DNA of 63,132 bases, filler included, from Octopus bimaculoides (lineage: Eukaryota): assembly GCF_001194135.2 (NCBI RefSeq). It is 6 parts of 5 records of this genome, joined end to end, with 100 filler letters (N's around TTAATTAATTAA, not from the genome) between each part and the next. Parts side by side here need not be neighbours in the genome. Positions count along the whole stretch, not along the records: positions 1 to 15,134 come from NC_068985.1; 5 more parts are not named here. One strand, given 5' to 3'. Positions 1 through 13,094 of this stretch are shown here, one piece after another. The notes beneath the pieces were generated by a model. It made no database searches, was not told where the DNA came from, and saw only the letters and a list, made by a program, of their open reading frames with translations. Positions within the stretch are counted from its first letter, which is position 1, and the number at the start of each line of letters is the position of its first letter. The position numbers and the translations under genes are program-made.

Positions 1-106
1 CGAATTTTTGATTTGTTATAATTTTTATGACATCTTATTTCTTATTCTTTCTGGTGATTTTAGGTCAGAAAATAGATTTGTTTTGGCATTAGTGTTTTGG
101 ATGGTT

Positions 107-165
107 GGATGTTAGTTAGTTGGCTGGTTCGTTGGTTGGTTGGTTGGTTGGTTGGTTGGTTGGTT
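107..165. repeat. (TTGG)n microsatellite
   Basis: Direct reading of ggttggttgg... run, downstream of the Penelope-like fragment. Confidence 0.9.
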
Positions 166-559
166 TTTTGATTGGTAGTATGTTTCGTGACCTCACTTTA
201 TTTTGATGGAGAACCTGTTTTTGTTTTGGTCAAGTTTTGTACTCTGCTTGGCTGATTTCCCTTTAGGGACTCGATCATTAATTTTTGCCTAATGGTCATC
301 AACCTTTCCGGTTGGCTAATTCTCTTGCGGAGTCAGTTTTTCTGTGGGTTCGGTTCTGATCGGAGGTAAAATGTCTTTGGCCTAGTGAGAATGTTTGAGA
401 ATGTGTATGGTGTTATTGTATAGTGATATGGAGTTTCAGAACTGAGAGGGAAGTCTGTTCCTGAAATTTTAAAATTATGTCTGTTGTATCTGGTTGTTCT
501 TTGTGGAAACAACTGAGTTTTTTTCATCTTTTTAGTATGTTATTAAAGGATATTTCGTA

Positions 560-1240
560 GGGTATTTCGTATGTTATTAAAGGGTATTTCGTTGGATATT
601 TTTTATGAGCGTGCTTTCCTTATTCAATTGGAATTGGGTTGAAGTATTTCCGGTGCATTGATAGAAAGTCATTGATCTAGGTGTTTGCTGATGGGAATTT
701 TCCTCGTCGTGGGGTTCCAGATTTGTTACCTGTGTACCATCAGTCTGTCCCTCAAGGTCAAACTAGTTTGATCTATGTAGTTTCCATCACACCCCACCAC
801 ATTTGAGGACATAGAGTAAGTTCTTCAATGCACAAGTGAAGTAATTTTTTATGGTGAAAGTTTGACCTGACTTAAATTTATATGTTGAACCCTCCAAGGT
901 GCAAGTCTCGCAGTTAGGGCGGTTGAATATTTTGGATAATAGAGTTGTATTTCTAGTGGGTAATTTGACGCTGGTAAGGAATGCGATTGTCATTTTTAAT
1001 TATTCTGTGCTTTTTGCCCCCGCAAGTCGTTCATCATGTGGGGTATGTTTCGATGGATGATATTGTATGCTTTCATGTTCCTCGGATTGTGTGTTGATAC
1101 ATAAATTAAAGTTTTAATGTGTTTCATGGTGTTTTCTTGTTTTTCATAACTCTTGGATGTTTATCGTTTTTCAACGTTCTATACCGATTTTGATTAAACT
1201 AGCCGGATATTTTCCTTCTAATAATTTTTTTAAAAGTTCT
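560..1240 (-). mobile_element. Decayed Penelope-like element: RT C-terminus plus GIY-YIG endonuclease
   Basis: Minus-strand translation across frameshifts gives ...LEGKYPASLIKIG..., LIYVSTHNPRN, then FTCALKNLLYVLKCGG/CDGNYIDQTSLTLRDRLMVHR and NKESTLIKKYPTKYP. This is the typical PLE thumb + GIY-YIG layout. Stops and frameshifts are present. Confidence 0.75.
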
Positions 1241-2064
1241 TATAGCGTTTATCTCGGGTTTGCCAAGTTGAGAGTACATTGATAAGCAGGAAGACAGACA
1301 CATAAATATACAGCAAATCAGACATATACACATATATATGATATATATGACTGTGTGTCTGTTTTTAACGCTCGTCTAACTTTCTAATCAGCAAGCATAC
1401 CGAAGCCCAGTGGTCTTAAACGAATCAATATTTTGCCTTTGGGGGAGCTACAATCAACAACACTTATCTATGCCATTTGCTACATTATAAACCTAGATAT
1501 ATACATAAGGACTTGTATCCTTTGGGAGCTCAACGAAATCATTCGATTTGTCACTAATATAACATTCAGTCTGTTTCGAAAATAAAAGAAATGACAAAAA
1601 TTCTGATGGTCGAAGCTAAAATGCCTTTGATCATAGATCTGCTCAAATAGGGCTGGGTTGGGGTTGTATTGGATAACAAAAACTAAATAAACAAATATAA
1701 TTAGTTATTTCAATGAAAGAATGCAAATATTTTGTAGACGATGCGCATGGATATTAAATCAATATCTCTTGATGCAAGATACTTATGTTAACGTCACATT
1801 GGTACTTGTTTTATGGAATCAGATGTTAGTCATAAAAAGAAAATACTAAGGCAATATTTCGATCAGCGCATTCTTGGTTCTATCTTTCCAGAAACTGTGA
1901 TGAATTGACATTGTGAAAGTTAATTACTTCAGCGAAATGTGTTGCTATAACATTTCTTCTCTTTCGCAACACATTTTACTATTCAGGATGTTATTCTTTC
2001 TTCATTATACATCACTAAAGAAGACTGATTTAAATGATTTAGGACTTCAAATTTAAAACACAAT

Positions 2065-2071
2065 ATGGATG

Positions 2072-2120
<49 letters not shown>

Positions 2121-2477
2121 CGATGATGATGGCGATGATGACGACGANNNNNNNNNNNNNNNNNNNNNNNNNNNNNNNNNNNNNNNNNNNNNNNNNNNNN
2201 NNNNNNNNNNGAAGAAGAAGAAGAAGAAGAAGAAGAAGAAGAAGAAGAAGAAGAAGAAGGAGAAGAAGAAGAAGAAAAAGAAGAAGAAGAAGAAGAAGGA
2301 GCAGGAGCAGGAGCAGGAAGAGCAGGAGGAAGAGAAGGAGAGGAAGAAATAAAGGAGGATGATAATCACTACCCCCACCCCCACCACCACCATGACTTCG
2401 ACAACATCGACTATAAAGATGACGATGGTGACGACGACCATGAGAATGGTGGTGGTGGTGGTGGTGGTGGTGGTGGT
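2065..2477. repeat. Compound trinucleotide microsatellite (GAT)n - gap - (GAA)n/(GGA)n - (GGT)n
   Basis: Direct reading. It explains the poly-D/K/M/H pseudo-ORFs in the ORF track. Confidence 0.95.
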
Positions 2478-3239
2478 TCATTTTATTGAACATTGGTGAT
2501 TACGCAGTGAGTGTTTGTCTAAAACCAGACCTATTTGTTATATCACACTTTATCTCCAGAAACTATACTTCCTTTTGATTCTTTCCCTTTAATTTTCTTT
2601 ATTTCGCTGCTCCTCCGTATATTCACTCCCCACATTTCCTCCTTAATGTCATCATCATTATCTTGATTCCTATTACAATAAATCAAAGGCAAGAACGAGA
2701 AACTTCATTCCTCAGAGATTGTTTTCTTCTCCTCAAAGTTGTTATCAGGGACTTCTTAATGTATTAAACACACATTTATGCAAATAATATGAGTATTTTG
2801 CATGTAATGCATAGATTTAGCTAAATAATTTACATTTTCATTTTGCGTATTTCTCGAAAGTATTTAATTTTTATATTACGCTTGTATTTTATTCTGTTAT
2901 TGTTTGTGAACAAATAAATGAATTGAAAATATTGTAAATTGCAGAGTGAAAGTTATAAAACACAAAGGTTTTGAGTTCCATAATCTGTGAACATACACAG
3001 CACAAAAGCACAGTCACAGCTCATATGAAGAAACATATGTGAATGTAATTCATCCAGATTTGACAATGCACATTGAGAATACTGGAAGTTGCTACTGATA
3101 ATGAAGCTAAAGATTTACGTTGTAATTCCCATATGCATCAGTTGGACACAAAATACCCAAAGATATCCGAGGTAAAGATATATATGTTTTAAGTTTCACC
3201 TAGAATACTTAAAACCCACAGTGAATTAATTCTTTCCTA

Positions 3240-3600
3240 TTCGTAACGACGTTGCTTTTTCTACACTCCACATCCCAGACTGCATCCAAAAACATGGCAT
3301 CCCAAATGACTACTACTCGTCTACCAATACTTTGCAGCATTTGGTCCACAGAAATGCTGTCTCACTACTTTTCTATTTGTATAAAAAATCCATTTGAGAC
3401 ACACATTTCTGCCTTTGAGGCAATACCCAGTGTGTGTCTCCCAAAGCTGAGTACAAACTAAACACCCCACACCATTCTCCATTGAACCAAACACCTCTAG
3501 AATTTTATCCATCAACATTCTACACACCATTTAAGGAATAGTCAAACCAATCAGTTACAAAAACGTGGAACACCCTACAAATGTCACAGGCAAATCTTTC
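3240..3600 (+). mobile_element. Possible Penelope-like RT thumb remnant
   Basis: FLHSTSQTASKNMASQMTTTRLPILCS, IHLRHTFLPLRQYP and TFYTP...VTKTWNTLQ resemble PLE motifs YLHxxSxHP...RLxRICS, FxxRGYP and TYHP...WxxLQ. Highly diverged. Confidence 0.4.
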
Positions 3601-5019
3601 TTCTTTTTTTTAATATTTAATAAGCAATTCTTTGGAATCAGTGTATATCTTCTGTGATTTGTACCTTCATTAACAATGGCAAACACTCGTGTGCTAGATT
3701 ATATTATCGCTTGTATAACACTAAGAAACTGGAGCTAATGGCCAACTGTCATTATAGGGGATTAACAGTCCCAAATAGTTTTAATTCACGCTTGTGAAAA
3801 GCGAGATAGTGTAGCAAAATTTAAAAGCATGTGTTGCTGATTAAATATTAGTTTGTTTATTTTTTCATTAAACGGAGGTTATGAACAAGTTAGCCTTGAC
3901 ATAAGGAATACTCTGGTGTAACATATATTTCATGTCCATTGTCGTTGGAAACGAAAGGTAGTCTGCCGATTCAAAACTGCTTGCGGTTTGAATGATATCC
4001 ACTCTTCCTTTTTTTCAGCACGTAATTTGGTTTCTATGCTTATTTTATGTTCAGGAACTGTCACACCAAAAAATTGATTATTGAGAAACAAATGACAACG
4101 CATGCAACTGTGTCTTTCAGAGGTTTTTTTTTTCTCTTTTTACATATATATATTAGTTTGATTTTGAGAGAAAAAGTGAAAAAGGGAGAAAGAGAGAGTG
4201 TGTAAGACAACGATGCACTAANNNNNNNNNNNNNNNNNNNNNNNNNNNNNNNNNNNNNNNNNNNNNNNNNNNNNNNNNNNNNNNNNNNNNNNNNNNNNNN
4301 NNNNNNNNNNNNNNNNNNNNNNNNNNNNNNNNNNNNNNNNNNNNNNNNNNNNNNNNNNNNNNNNNNNNNNNNNNNNNNNNNNNNNNNNNNNNNNNNNNNN
4401 NNNNNNNNNNNNNTATATATATATATATATATGGTATACTAGCGACGACAAATGAAATTTTCAATTTGATTTTACATTGCGTATAGCTGCCTTTATAATT
4501 CTCATATTAGCATTTTGCTAAAGCAGCCATAAATTCAAGGATGAATTCATATTGTATATACTAACAGTGAGGATTTAGCCAAACCTTCCAGTGACGGAAT
4601 ATTCGCTATTGATGAGTTTCTAATTTGCAAACGAAACTAGTCTAGAATAATAATGTAACTATGCTGTGGGCAGTTATTTCCCCTGTTGGTATATGAAAAT
4701 GTGCTTTCCTGCGTCACCAAGGGTTTTTTAACTCTTATTTCTAGCAATATAGGTGCTGCACGGCACCTTCCGTTACAATTAGCGACAATTAAATCCTTAG
4801 GATGAGTCATTCGGAGTTTTGGTTCCTCAGTCGAGTTCCATATTATCTTTGCAATTTCGGCTGGTATATATATATATATATACATATATACATAAAAGAC
4901 GAAGGCAGGTTTTGAGCCTCTGCTCTTCAACAGAAAGTGACAAGAGGAAATAAACAGAGAGCGAATATGTGTGTGTGTGTGTGTGTGTGCAAGTATGTAT
5001 GTATATATATATGCATAAT

Positions 5020-5260
5020 TCAATATATTTGTACTACTTCTATTTCTGTACCAACATAACCCTTCACTCTTTCAATTTTAAACTTTAAGAAATCACCTAC
5101 ACAAGCAATGGTGCCAGAAGTACAGTCATCTCTACCAACACCAGGATATACGACTGTATCCACGTCATAATGTTCAATTCTCCTTGTTAACAACACACTC
5201 TTTCTATTGTCATCACCAACCATGACCAACTACTCATCCTCCTTCCCTCAAAATGACACT
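5020..5260 (-). mobile_element. Possible SGNH-esterase-type ORF1 remnant of a CR1/L2-group LINE
   Basis: LVMVGDD...TVVYPGVGRDD...LK...GYVGTE resembles SGNH blocks VGDS / CYPGA / HVGTND. Confidence 0.35.
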
Positions 5261-6599
5261 GAAGATGGAGCCCTGCAATACATATTCATTTCCGCTGCAA
5301 TACATATTCATTTCATTCCATTTCCACACTCTTCACCAGACCCAATCACCTTTAGTTCTATATACATGAAAGTTCTTGGTCTGTAGCTCTACCGATTCAC
5401 TATTTTAGCGCTCCCTCTACATTATTCCACAACAAAACAGAAAAACCATTGCCTCCATTGAACGGACTGCAAATAGAAACAACAATCTTAAATCCTAAAC
5501 AAGTCTCTTAAATTTGTTTACTGCGTCTGAAAATTTGTAGATTTCGTTGATTAGTAATTTCCCAGGTTAGTGTGCTAATCTTAGGGGATATAATTGATCG
5601 GAGAGAACAATAACCGTTTTCCCCATTCTTAACGCTCCTTTATTTTTCTCCAATCTATTTCCTTCACTAGGCTTATAGTGTCTTGCAGCGTGAAGGGAGG
5701 AGGAGGGCATTCCTGTGGATATAGCAGAATAATGTTAGGGAATAGATGGCTCTCGGGATGGACATCTTTATAAGGATACAGCATTTGTGATGGCGATAGT
5801 TATTTTGGGAATTTGAAGAAAGTAGGGGAAACCTTGATGACAGGTGTAGTTGGTGAGAAAGATATTAGGGGGCTGGCATGTTCCTTTTAATTTTCAAATC
5901 ATCTGCGAATAAGCTGATTTTTTTATCGACGAATGCTTCAATTTTGATATTTAAACATTGTGAACGTATTTATTTAAACATTTAAATATTTAAACATTGT
6001 CAATTTTGTTTACACTATAGAGATGATGGGTGATTTTCTGCCATATTTTATAAATAGTTTCTTATATGAGAGGGTTACTTCGAAAGGAATGCAAAAGTGG
6101 ACATAAAATTTTTATTAACTGACAAGCATCGTTCAAATTTCAAATTTCACACGCATTTCTTACATTCTTGTAGACTTACCTGTTTGACTCCATTTATTGA
6201 ATACGTTAGCTACCACTTAACTACATGTTTTTCATATAAAAGTCATTCCTGGGTGAAAATATCCATCTATATTTCATGGTGTCATGCCAGTCCATATACA
6301 TTGATTCAAATTCTTTATATTTTTCAGACAAGTACTGAAAAAACTATGTATCGTAGAAATCTGGTAATGGTCACCGTATTTGCCCATTATAAATCTCTCC
6401 CATTCTATTCTTTACTAATTTAGATTTCAAAACTTTCCCCTTTGTCTCTTTTCACCATAATTAATCATTTTGACATGTAAAATTTTGATATGTTGTTTAA
6501 TTGGCCGTCTTTAATATTTCTGTCTCCACTTATCCTGTTTTGGATGATTATTCGTATATTTGCTAACAGGCACACGTCAAAAATCCAGTTTCTCTTATG

Positions 6600-6745
6600 A
6601 CGTATTGTTTCGGCAATGTCGACTTCGGTTCAAATTCCGTGGAGGTCGACTTTTCCTTTCATCCATTCGGGGTCGATAAAATAAATACCAAATGGACTCC
6701 ATTGACGATGCAATCATCTTAAACCCCCGCCAAAAATTGAAACAA
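6600..6745 (+). mobile_element. SINE family B fragment
   Basis: ttcaaattccgtggaggtcgacttttcctttcatccattcggggtcgataaaataaatacc matches the body of the 58960-59191 copy. Confidence 0.7.
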
Positions 6746-7959
6746 ATATTGTTTTGAATAAATCGTATTCATTGACTTCCCCACATGAGGTTATTTCTCC
6801 AGAGATAGAAACTATTCTAGTAGTTCAGAAAAACAAGCAAAACAAAAAAAAATCCATCAGAAGAATAGCGAATAAGGACGCAGTTCTTTTGATAGTGTGA
6901 ATAATGGCAAAGAAAGACATTTGATTCCTTAATACAAGATCTTAAACTAATTTGACGTTCATGTAGCAAAACATTACTACTGTTTCGTGATGCTATGTAC
7001 TTAAATAGAGTTTGTTGTTTTTATGATTTTTTTTTATCATTTTCGCTTAATATTTATTCTCCATCAAGTATTTCTAGAGGATTTGGAATTAGTTGCTTGT
7101 TATATTTAGACAGAAGGTCATCTGTCAATCTTGTCTTTCACAAGGCTCCTATTGATCAAGGTTCGTTGAGGATGGAAACAGTTTTACAGCTGAGTGAACA
7201 GAGTAGAATGTTGCTTGTAATAATTGTCATACATTGAAGATGGAGGAATACAAGTGAAGAACAACAGGATGGTATTTGTAAAGGTCTATCAGTTCACGTC
7301 AAACAATAAATGGTACGTTTAGCTGTTTCAAGAGTAAATACCCGCTAATCATTTGCAGCTTCATAGCGTACACAGCTGGAATAAGAACTTTGTAAGACGT
7401 AGTTGAATAAATTCCTCGTAGAAGGATACCGATGTTTCCATATATATGAGACAAATTAGAATGGGAGAGAGTGAATGGTAAAGAAAGCTATAGAGAGATA
7501 AAGAGTAAAAGGCAAATAGATAGAAAGAGCGATGTGGAGAGATGCATAGATAGAGACACAGAGATATTAAGACGCAGATAAGTAATGGAGAATTGTAAAG
7601 AGAGAAATAGACACAGTGAGAGATGAAAAGATAGAAATAAAAAGAGATGGTACAGAAATAAAGAAAGAGGAAGAAGAATAAAGAGTAAAACGAAGAAACC
7701 AAATTATTGATAAAGAAAAAATGGAAGGTGAGGAGATATAGCATGTAAGTTAATTCTTACGGAATATGATAATGAGAAACTATGTTGAGAGAAGAGAAAA
7801 CGAAAGAAAGAAATATGTAATTAGAGACTTTGATATTTGCGCGCACACACACGCAGAGACGCATGCACATGCATCTGAATCTACGCACACACACAGACAC
7901 ATATAAATGTGCGTTGTTGCGTGTGTGTGGGAGGTGTTTGTGTGTGTGGGAGGTGTTTG

Positions 7960-7962
7960 TGT

Positions 7963-8030
<68 letters not shown>
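7960..8030. repeat. (TG)n microsatellite abutting the Gypsy remnant
   Basis: Direct reading. Confidence 0.95.
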
Positions 8031-8032
<2 letters not shown>

Positions 8033-8039
8033 GGTCACA

Positions 8040-10620
8040 AAAGGCAGCTCCCCGATTATATAGCAGTACGTCTGCAGCAGATACGGAAATTCGAAACAAT
8101 GTCGGTGGGAGAAGTATTAGATAAGACGTGAGAGTTGACGCAAAACAACACACACGACATATCGGTGAGAATGACAGCGGCTAGGCGGCGAACAGTGGCA
8201 ACAAGGGTATGGTGAGACAAACGGCTGAGGAACCATGTTTTAGATGGCGAGGGTATGTACGGAACTAAAACCAGTAGTGGTGTATTATCGATGTGCCAAA
8301 CCTGGGCGCGTAGCAAAATATAGCCAGCAAGGAAACACGGAGAGGGGAATTACAGTGCCGCTAGTTAAACCGCTCACGCCCCCACCCCCATCATCAACAC
8401 AACAAATTGAAGGCGCACTACCTATCGATGCCTGTAAAGACGTTTCGTGGGGCGTGACAGGGCAGGAGTAAAATTTGGTGATCGGTGTGCTGCATTCTAT
8501 GAGCGTGGAGCGGAGGAAGAAGGCTGTAGGGGTGACAGCACAGAAGTCTTCATCTTCAGTTGTGCCTATGGTATTCCCTCTCTCTTCCATCCTGAGTTCG
8601 ACGGTGAAAGATGGACGTAGGAGTAAGAACTTTCCACCCCACGTCCCGTAATGAGGGCACACCCTGAAAGGAGAAGCCATGTTCGGGTTTGAAACAGAGA
8701 TGAACAAATGGATAGAGCGATGAATTTTGATACCATGGAGAGAAGAGGCGACGAGCGGTGTTGATGGTTGTAGTTGAGCCGACAATGAAGACGGTCCGAC
8801 CGGTGTTGGACTTTGGGGAGTTAAATGAGCATGTGTCCTGTCATATGGAATGCGAGGTAGCGGATGTGTGTGAGGAAACTTTACCGGAAGAGAGGTGAAT
8901 GTCAGCAGCAGCTACGAACGTCAAACTCAAGTCAGCCTATCTGCAGCTGCAGGTATCCGAGAATATGTGGATGTACCAACTAGTGAGGTAAAAGGGAAGA
9001 ACATACTGCCTATCTCGACTGGGTTTCGGCCTGAGTTCACTAAAGATCCTGGTAAAGATCCTCAAAACAATTTTGGAAATTCATATATTGATGACATCCT
9101 GGTAGATGAGAGTGTGGCATCGACAGTGGAAATCATGAATAATTCTAGGAGGTTCAGATTTGTGACAAAACAGCCAGAGGCTTTAGTAGAAGGTATGGCG
9201 CTGGCGCTCAGGTTCGATAAAGATAAAGCGGGTAGGCTTGTGTTTCACAGAGGAAACGAGCCTAAATCAGGATATGAATAGGCGAGTGTTGTTCTTCTTG
9301 TGACAATCTGGTGGATCACTACCCTGTTGCAAAACGACCCAGAACGGTATGTAGCTACACTAAAAGGTGAGCAGAAGGAGTGAACTAGGGTGAGAAGGCG
9401 ATTGTGATGACACGAGATGTCTTGTAGAGAATGCGAGCGAAAGATCCAGTGAAGAACAGCTGGCATGTTCATGACACAAAAATGGGATTGTGCCGTGTGA
9501 CGCGAGCAGTATAGCGTTGGGAGTCATTCTGGATATAGAAGGTTTTGAGGTGGAAGATGCAATGTGGCTCAGGAAGAAGGACGACTACAACCACATCAAT
9601 GTAGCTGAACCGGACGATGTATTAAATGTGAGATAAGGACTACGAGATAGCTGTGAGATGAGGACTACGAGCTGTTGAGATGAGGACTGATTCTGTCACG
9701 GTTCGTGGATGGATGGCATCAGTGATCACCAGCTAGGAGACGATTTGCTCGAAAATGATCTCCAACTAGAGGATTCGCTGAAATGGTGATTAAACGAGGG
9801 CGCTAGCCGCTGAGTTCGGCCTGGAGTTGCATGTACTATTCGTGCCCTCAGAAAAAAATAAAGCGGACGTTCTAACCAGAGTAAAAAACACTGGTTGAAA
9901 ATAGGAGAAGAAATTCTGAGTGAAATAGCTGCGGTTTGACCGCTAGAGGGCACAGAATTGAGGAGGTTCACAACATGCATCACACGGGGGTCGATAAGAA
10001 GTTGTTTTAGCTTAGGACGTTCCACTCCGATGTCACCAGGGAGAGCGTTCGGAATGTAGTGGGGACAATCCATTGACCCTGCATCGAGCGAACATGAAGC
10101 ATGTAAGTTTCGGGTGGAGGAAGACTAGAAGCAGCTAGCCATAGACATAACACACTATCGGAGAAAGGCATACCTCTCAATAGTCGACGGTGTTCCAGGG
10201 CGGATGGTTATTTTGCGAGAGACCAGGGTGGAAACTGCAACCGAAATCGCGTAAGTGCTGAATGCAATGTTCTCCTAAAGCTTTTGATGGACAATAGCAA
10301 GTTTTTCGCTCAGAGCAGCTGAGGGAGATGCTTGAAAGGAGAAGCATAAGACCTGCATGCAGGTCCGGTGGAAAGGGTATTGTGGAACGGCACCATCGTA
10401 CCCTCAAAACTATGGCTGCGAGGAGACGAATCTCTCACACGGAGGCAGTCATCTGGGGGTAGGCAAACGCAAGAGTGAGTTCCGCAATGGTACAAATGGA
10501 GACACACGAACGTGGTGTTGCAGCAACAAGAAGTCGAAGGGCTTACGTTTCTATAAGTGGTAGATGAAGAGTGAGTGGAGCCCCCGAATTCTCGGTGCAC
10601 AACACTGTGGGAAAAAGGAA
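8040..10620 (+). mobile_element. Decayed Gypsy/Ty3 LTR retrotransposon internal region (gag knuckle, RT, RNase H, integrase); no LTRs recognised
   Basis: Degenerate zinc knuckle YRCAKPGRVAKY (~8285-8325). RT: KWIER*ILIPWREE, LKSAYLQLQV, RTYCLSRLGFGL, SYIDDILVDE. RNase H-like: WLRKKDDYNHINVAE. Integrase: LAIDITHYRRKAYLSIVD...GIVERHHRTLKTMA. Many stops and frameshifts. Confidence 0.9.
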
Positions 10621-10759
10621 TTATGTATCAGTGAATGGAATGCGATTACAGCAAACAGTTCAAAGTAAAACTTAACTTCTACTATTTGGATACCTGTACA
10701 CACGGACAAAGATTAATTAGAAAAAATACTCACTTGTCCACATTTTTAATCTAATGTAA

Positions 10760-11990
10760 GCTCATCATTCGATTTCTCAAGTCTGTCTACATTTACGGGA
10801 GTCTTCCCACTATCCACACTTCTACCTTTCCTTTTCTCCCAAGCATCTCTGTCTTCATTGTGTAATCCACCTTTCGGAGGATGTTTTTGTAAACAGTATT
10901 ACCGCGCAGAAGTTCCCACATTTGTCCCTTGCTTTGTATTTAACCCCACATTGCAGATAATGCGTAAACCCTCATCAAACTATCTACACGCATCCTAACA
11001 TACTATTACATAAAACATATAAGCCATATGTGAATGGACAGCATTGGGTCTGCCAATAGCTATCTCATTACCATCCAACCATCCAACTGAGCTTCCCAAA
11101 TATAGACTCATACTCACCGCTCTCTCTCTCTCCCCTCTCTCTCTCTCTCCCCTCTCTCTCCCTTTCTTCTCTTCTCTTTTTGTGTCTTTCTCTTTCGTTC
11201 TGTTCAGATTTATCATGAGACTTGGAAATTTACTATAAAGTATCCGAATTCCTGAGAAGGGCAATCTTTATGACCTTATCAAAAAAGCTATTTTGTTTTA
11301 TCACTTCCATTTGAAACATCTAAAAGGTGAGAGGGATAATCAATAACATCAACCGTCTCCATCATCGAAATCCCTTCACTCCTTAGTAACAAGCATTACG
11401 ACTTTCGTATAATCAGCTCTAAGCCAAATCTACAATGGCACTCAAAAAGTGTGTTTACGAATTTCTCGCCAAATTCGTAAACACACTGTTGATACTCTCA
11501 ATATCGGTAACACTTTCGTTTTTATCAGACAATCATATAAGCAGGAAAAACGGCAACCTTCGGGTACTATCCGTCTTTCATCTCATGGACCAACAGTTTT
11601 TGCAGAACCTATCATGTTGTCCTGTGTTACCCGAATCTCTATCAAATCTAGTGTGATACACAATTAAGGTCCCCCACCAAACATATATACATTTTTCTTT
11701 CAAAGCATGAACAACCCATGTCTCGTTGTCTACAATTCTTTCTATACTTATCCAAGTAACACCTCCCTTAATTAGTCTCTTGTTTCTCTCTCTACACCTC
11801 TTTCAGATACAATCCATGATCCATGAACAGATATCACGGAAATATACTTTATCATGGCAATTGTTCCCACCCCTCCCAATTGTACAAGGATACAATCACA
11901 ATAGAAGTGAATAACTATCTCGTTCACTAGTAGAGTATCATCTTGCTCCAAGGAGATAACTAATTTTGTTTTACCTCTGATCAAGTATTT
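10760..11990 (-). mobile_element. Highly decayed non-LTR remnants (APE-like CLVGDLNCV; VWIVG SGNH-like motif)
   Basis: Short motif matches only: CLVGDLNCVSH (~11650-11690) and GRKGKVEVWIVG (~10810-10845). Confidence 0.3.
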
Positions 11991-13014
11991 CCTACTTGCT
12001 GAAGTTGCTCACCCTGTCACCAACCCCAGACACCGAAATGATTAATACAAGATCTTCCTCTACAGATTATACTGTTCTGGAATTTTCTAACTGTACATGT
12101 TTATTTATACTTTTTCTACAGACATCGAATTGAAAATCTTTAATGGAAATGTTATTCGTTTCGATCTTGCCGGTCTCAGAGGGCCTGCGAAATTCATGGA
12201 AATATCACCTTTCTCTGCATGAAGCATACTAAAAAAGAAGAAAAAAAATCTTAGCTGCCTTGACAACTAGTGTATTACATCTATAGAAGAATGGGAATGA
12301 TCAATACATGTTTTGACCAACTGGCATATTTAAGAGATTTATCAGTGGAAAAGGATGATTTTAGTAATAAAATGGTCTAAACCACGTAACTATGTATGTG
12401 CGTGAGTGAGTGTGTGGCTTTATGAGAGACAGATTATGTGTACATCGATAAAGTGTTCTCCCTTTCGTTCTTGATATATGTCTCTGTGTGTGCGTGTGTG
12501 TGCTTGTGTGTACACATACACGCATATGTACGTATGTGTGCATGTGTGCGCCCACGCGAGCGCGTACATACACACACAGACACACGCAGGTGTATGAGAA
12601 TTTATGTTTCAGTTACTGATAAACCCAAACCGTGGTTTCTTCTCGGTATCTGGATGGATATAAACAATAGGTGGATATGAGGGGTCGAAGGTGAATTCTT
12701 CCTGGATTTATATTCACCGGAATAGGAGCATTAAATCATGATATGTTTTTCATTGTATACGTGTCTAAAGTATAATTACATCTACATCACGCTCCGCACA
12801 TTTCTTTCCTGAAATAGTTTTAGAAAGAAGATCGTATGTGTGTGTGAATGTGGGATGTGCAATATGTATGTATTTGTGCGAATATGAATGTTAGTGCATG
12901 TGCAAATGTGCATTTGGTCTGTACTTGTGAGTGTGTTTATGCAGAGAATACATTTTTGAAATATTTTTATAACCCGTATAAGAATACGAAACTGACATGC
13001 ATATGTACAAACTT

Positions 13015-13015
<1 letters not shown>

Positions 13016-13092
<77 letters not shown>
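13016..13092. repeat. (TATC)n microsatellite before gap
   Basis: Direct reading. Confidence 0.95.

Positions 13093-13094
<2 letters not shown>

Noticed and set aside
267-303. Hammerhead-like trace in the PLE 3' region (- strand UUGAUGA-CCAUUA...UAAUGAUC-GAGUC)
   Set aside because: The first core box has C-to-U and the GAAA box is absent. At most a dead relic.
1983-2493. Poly-D/K/M/H/F ORFs; likewise all YIYI, HTHT, CVCV and X-filled ORFs in the track
   Set aside because: They are translations of microsatellites and N gaps, with no splice or domain support.
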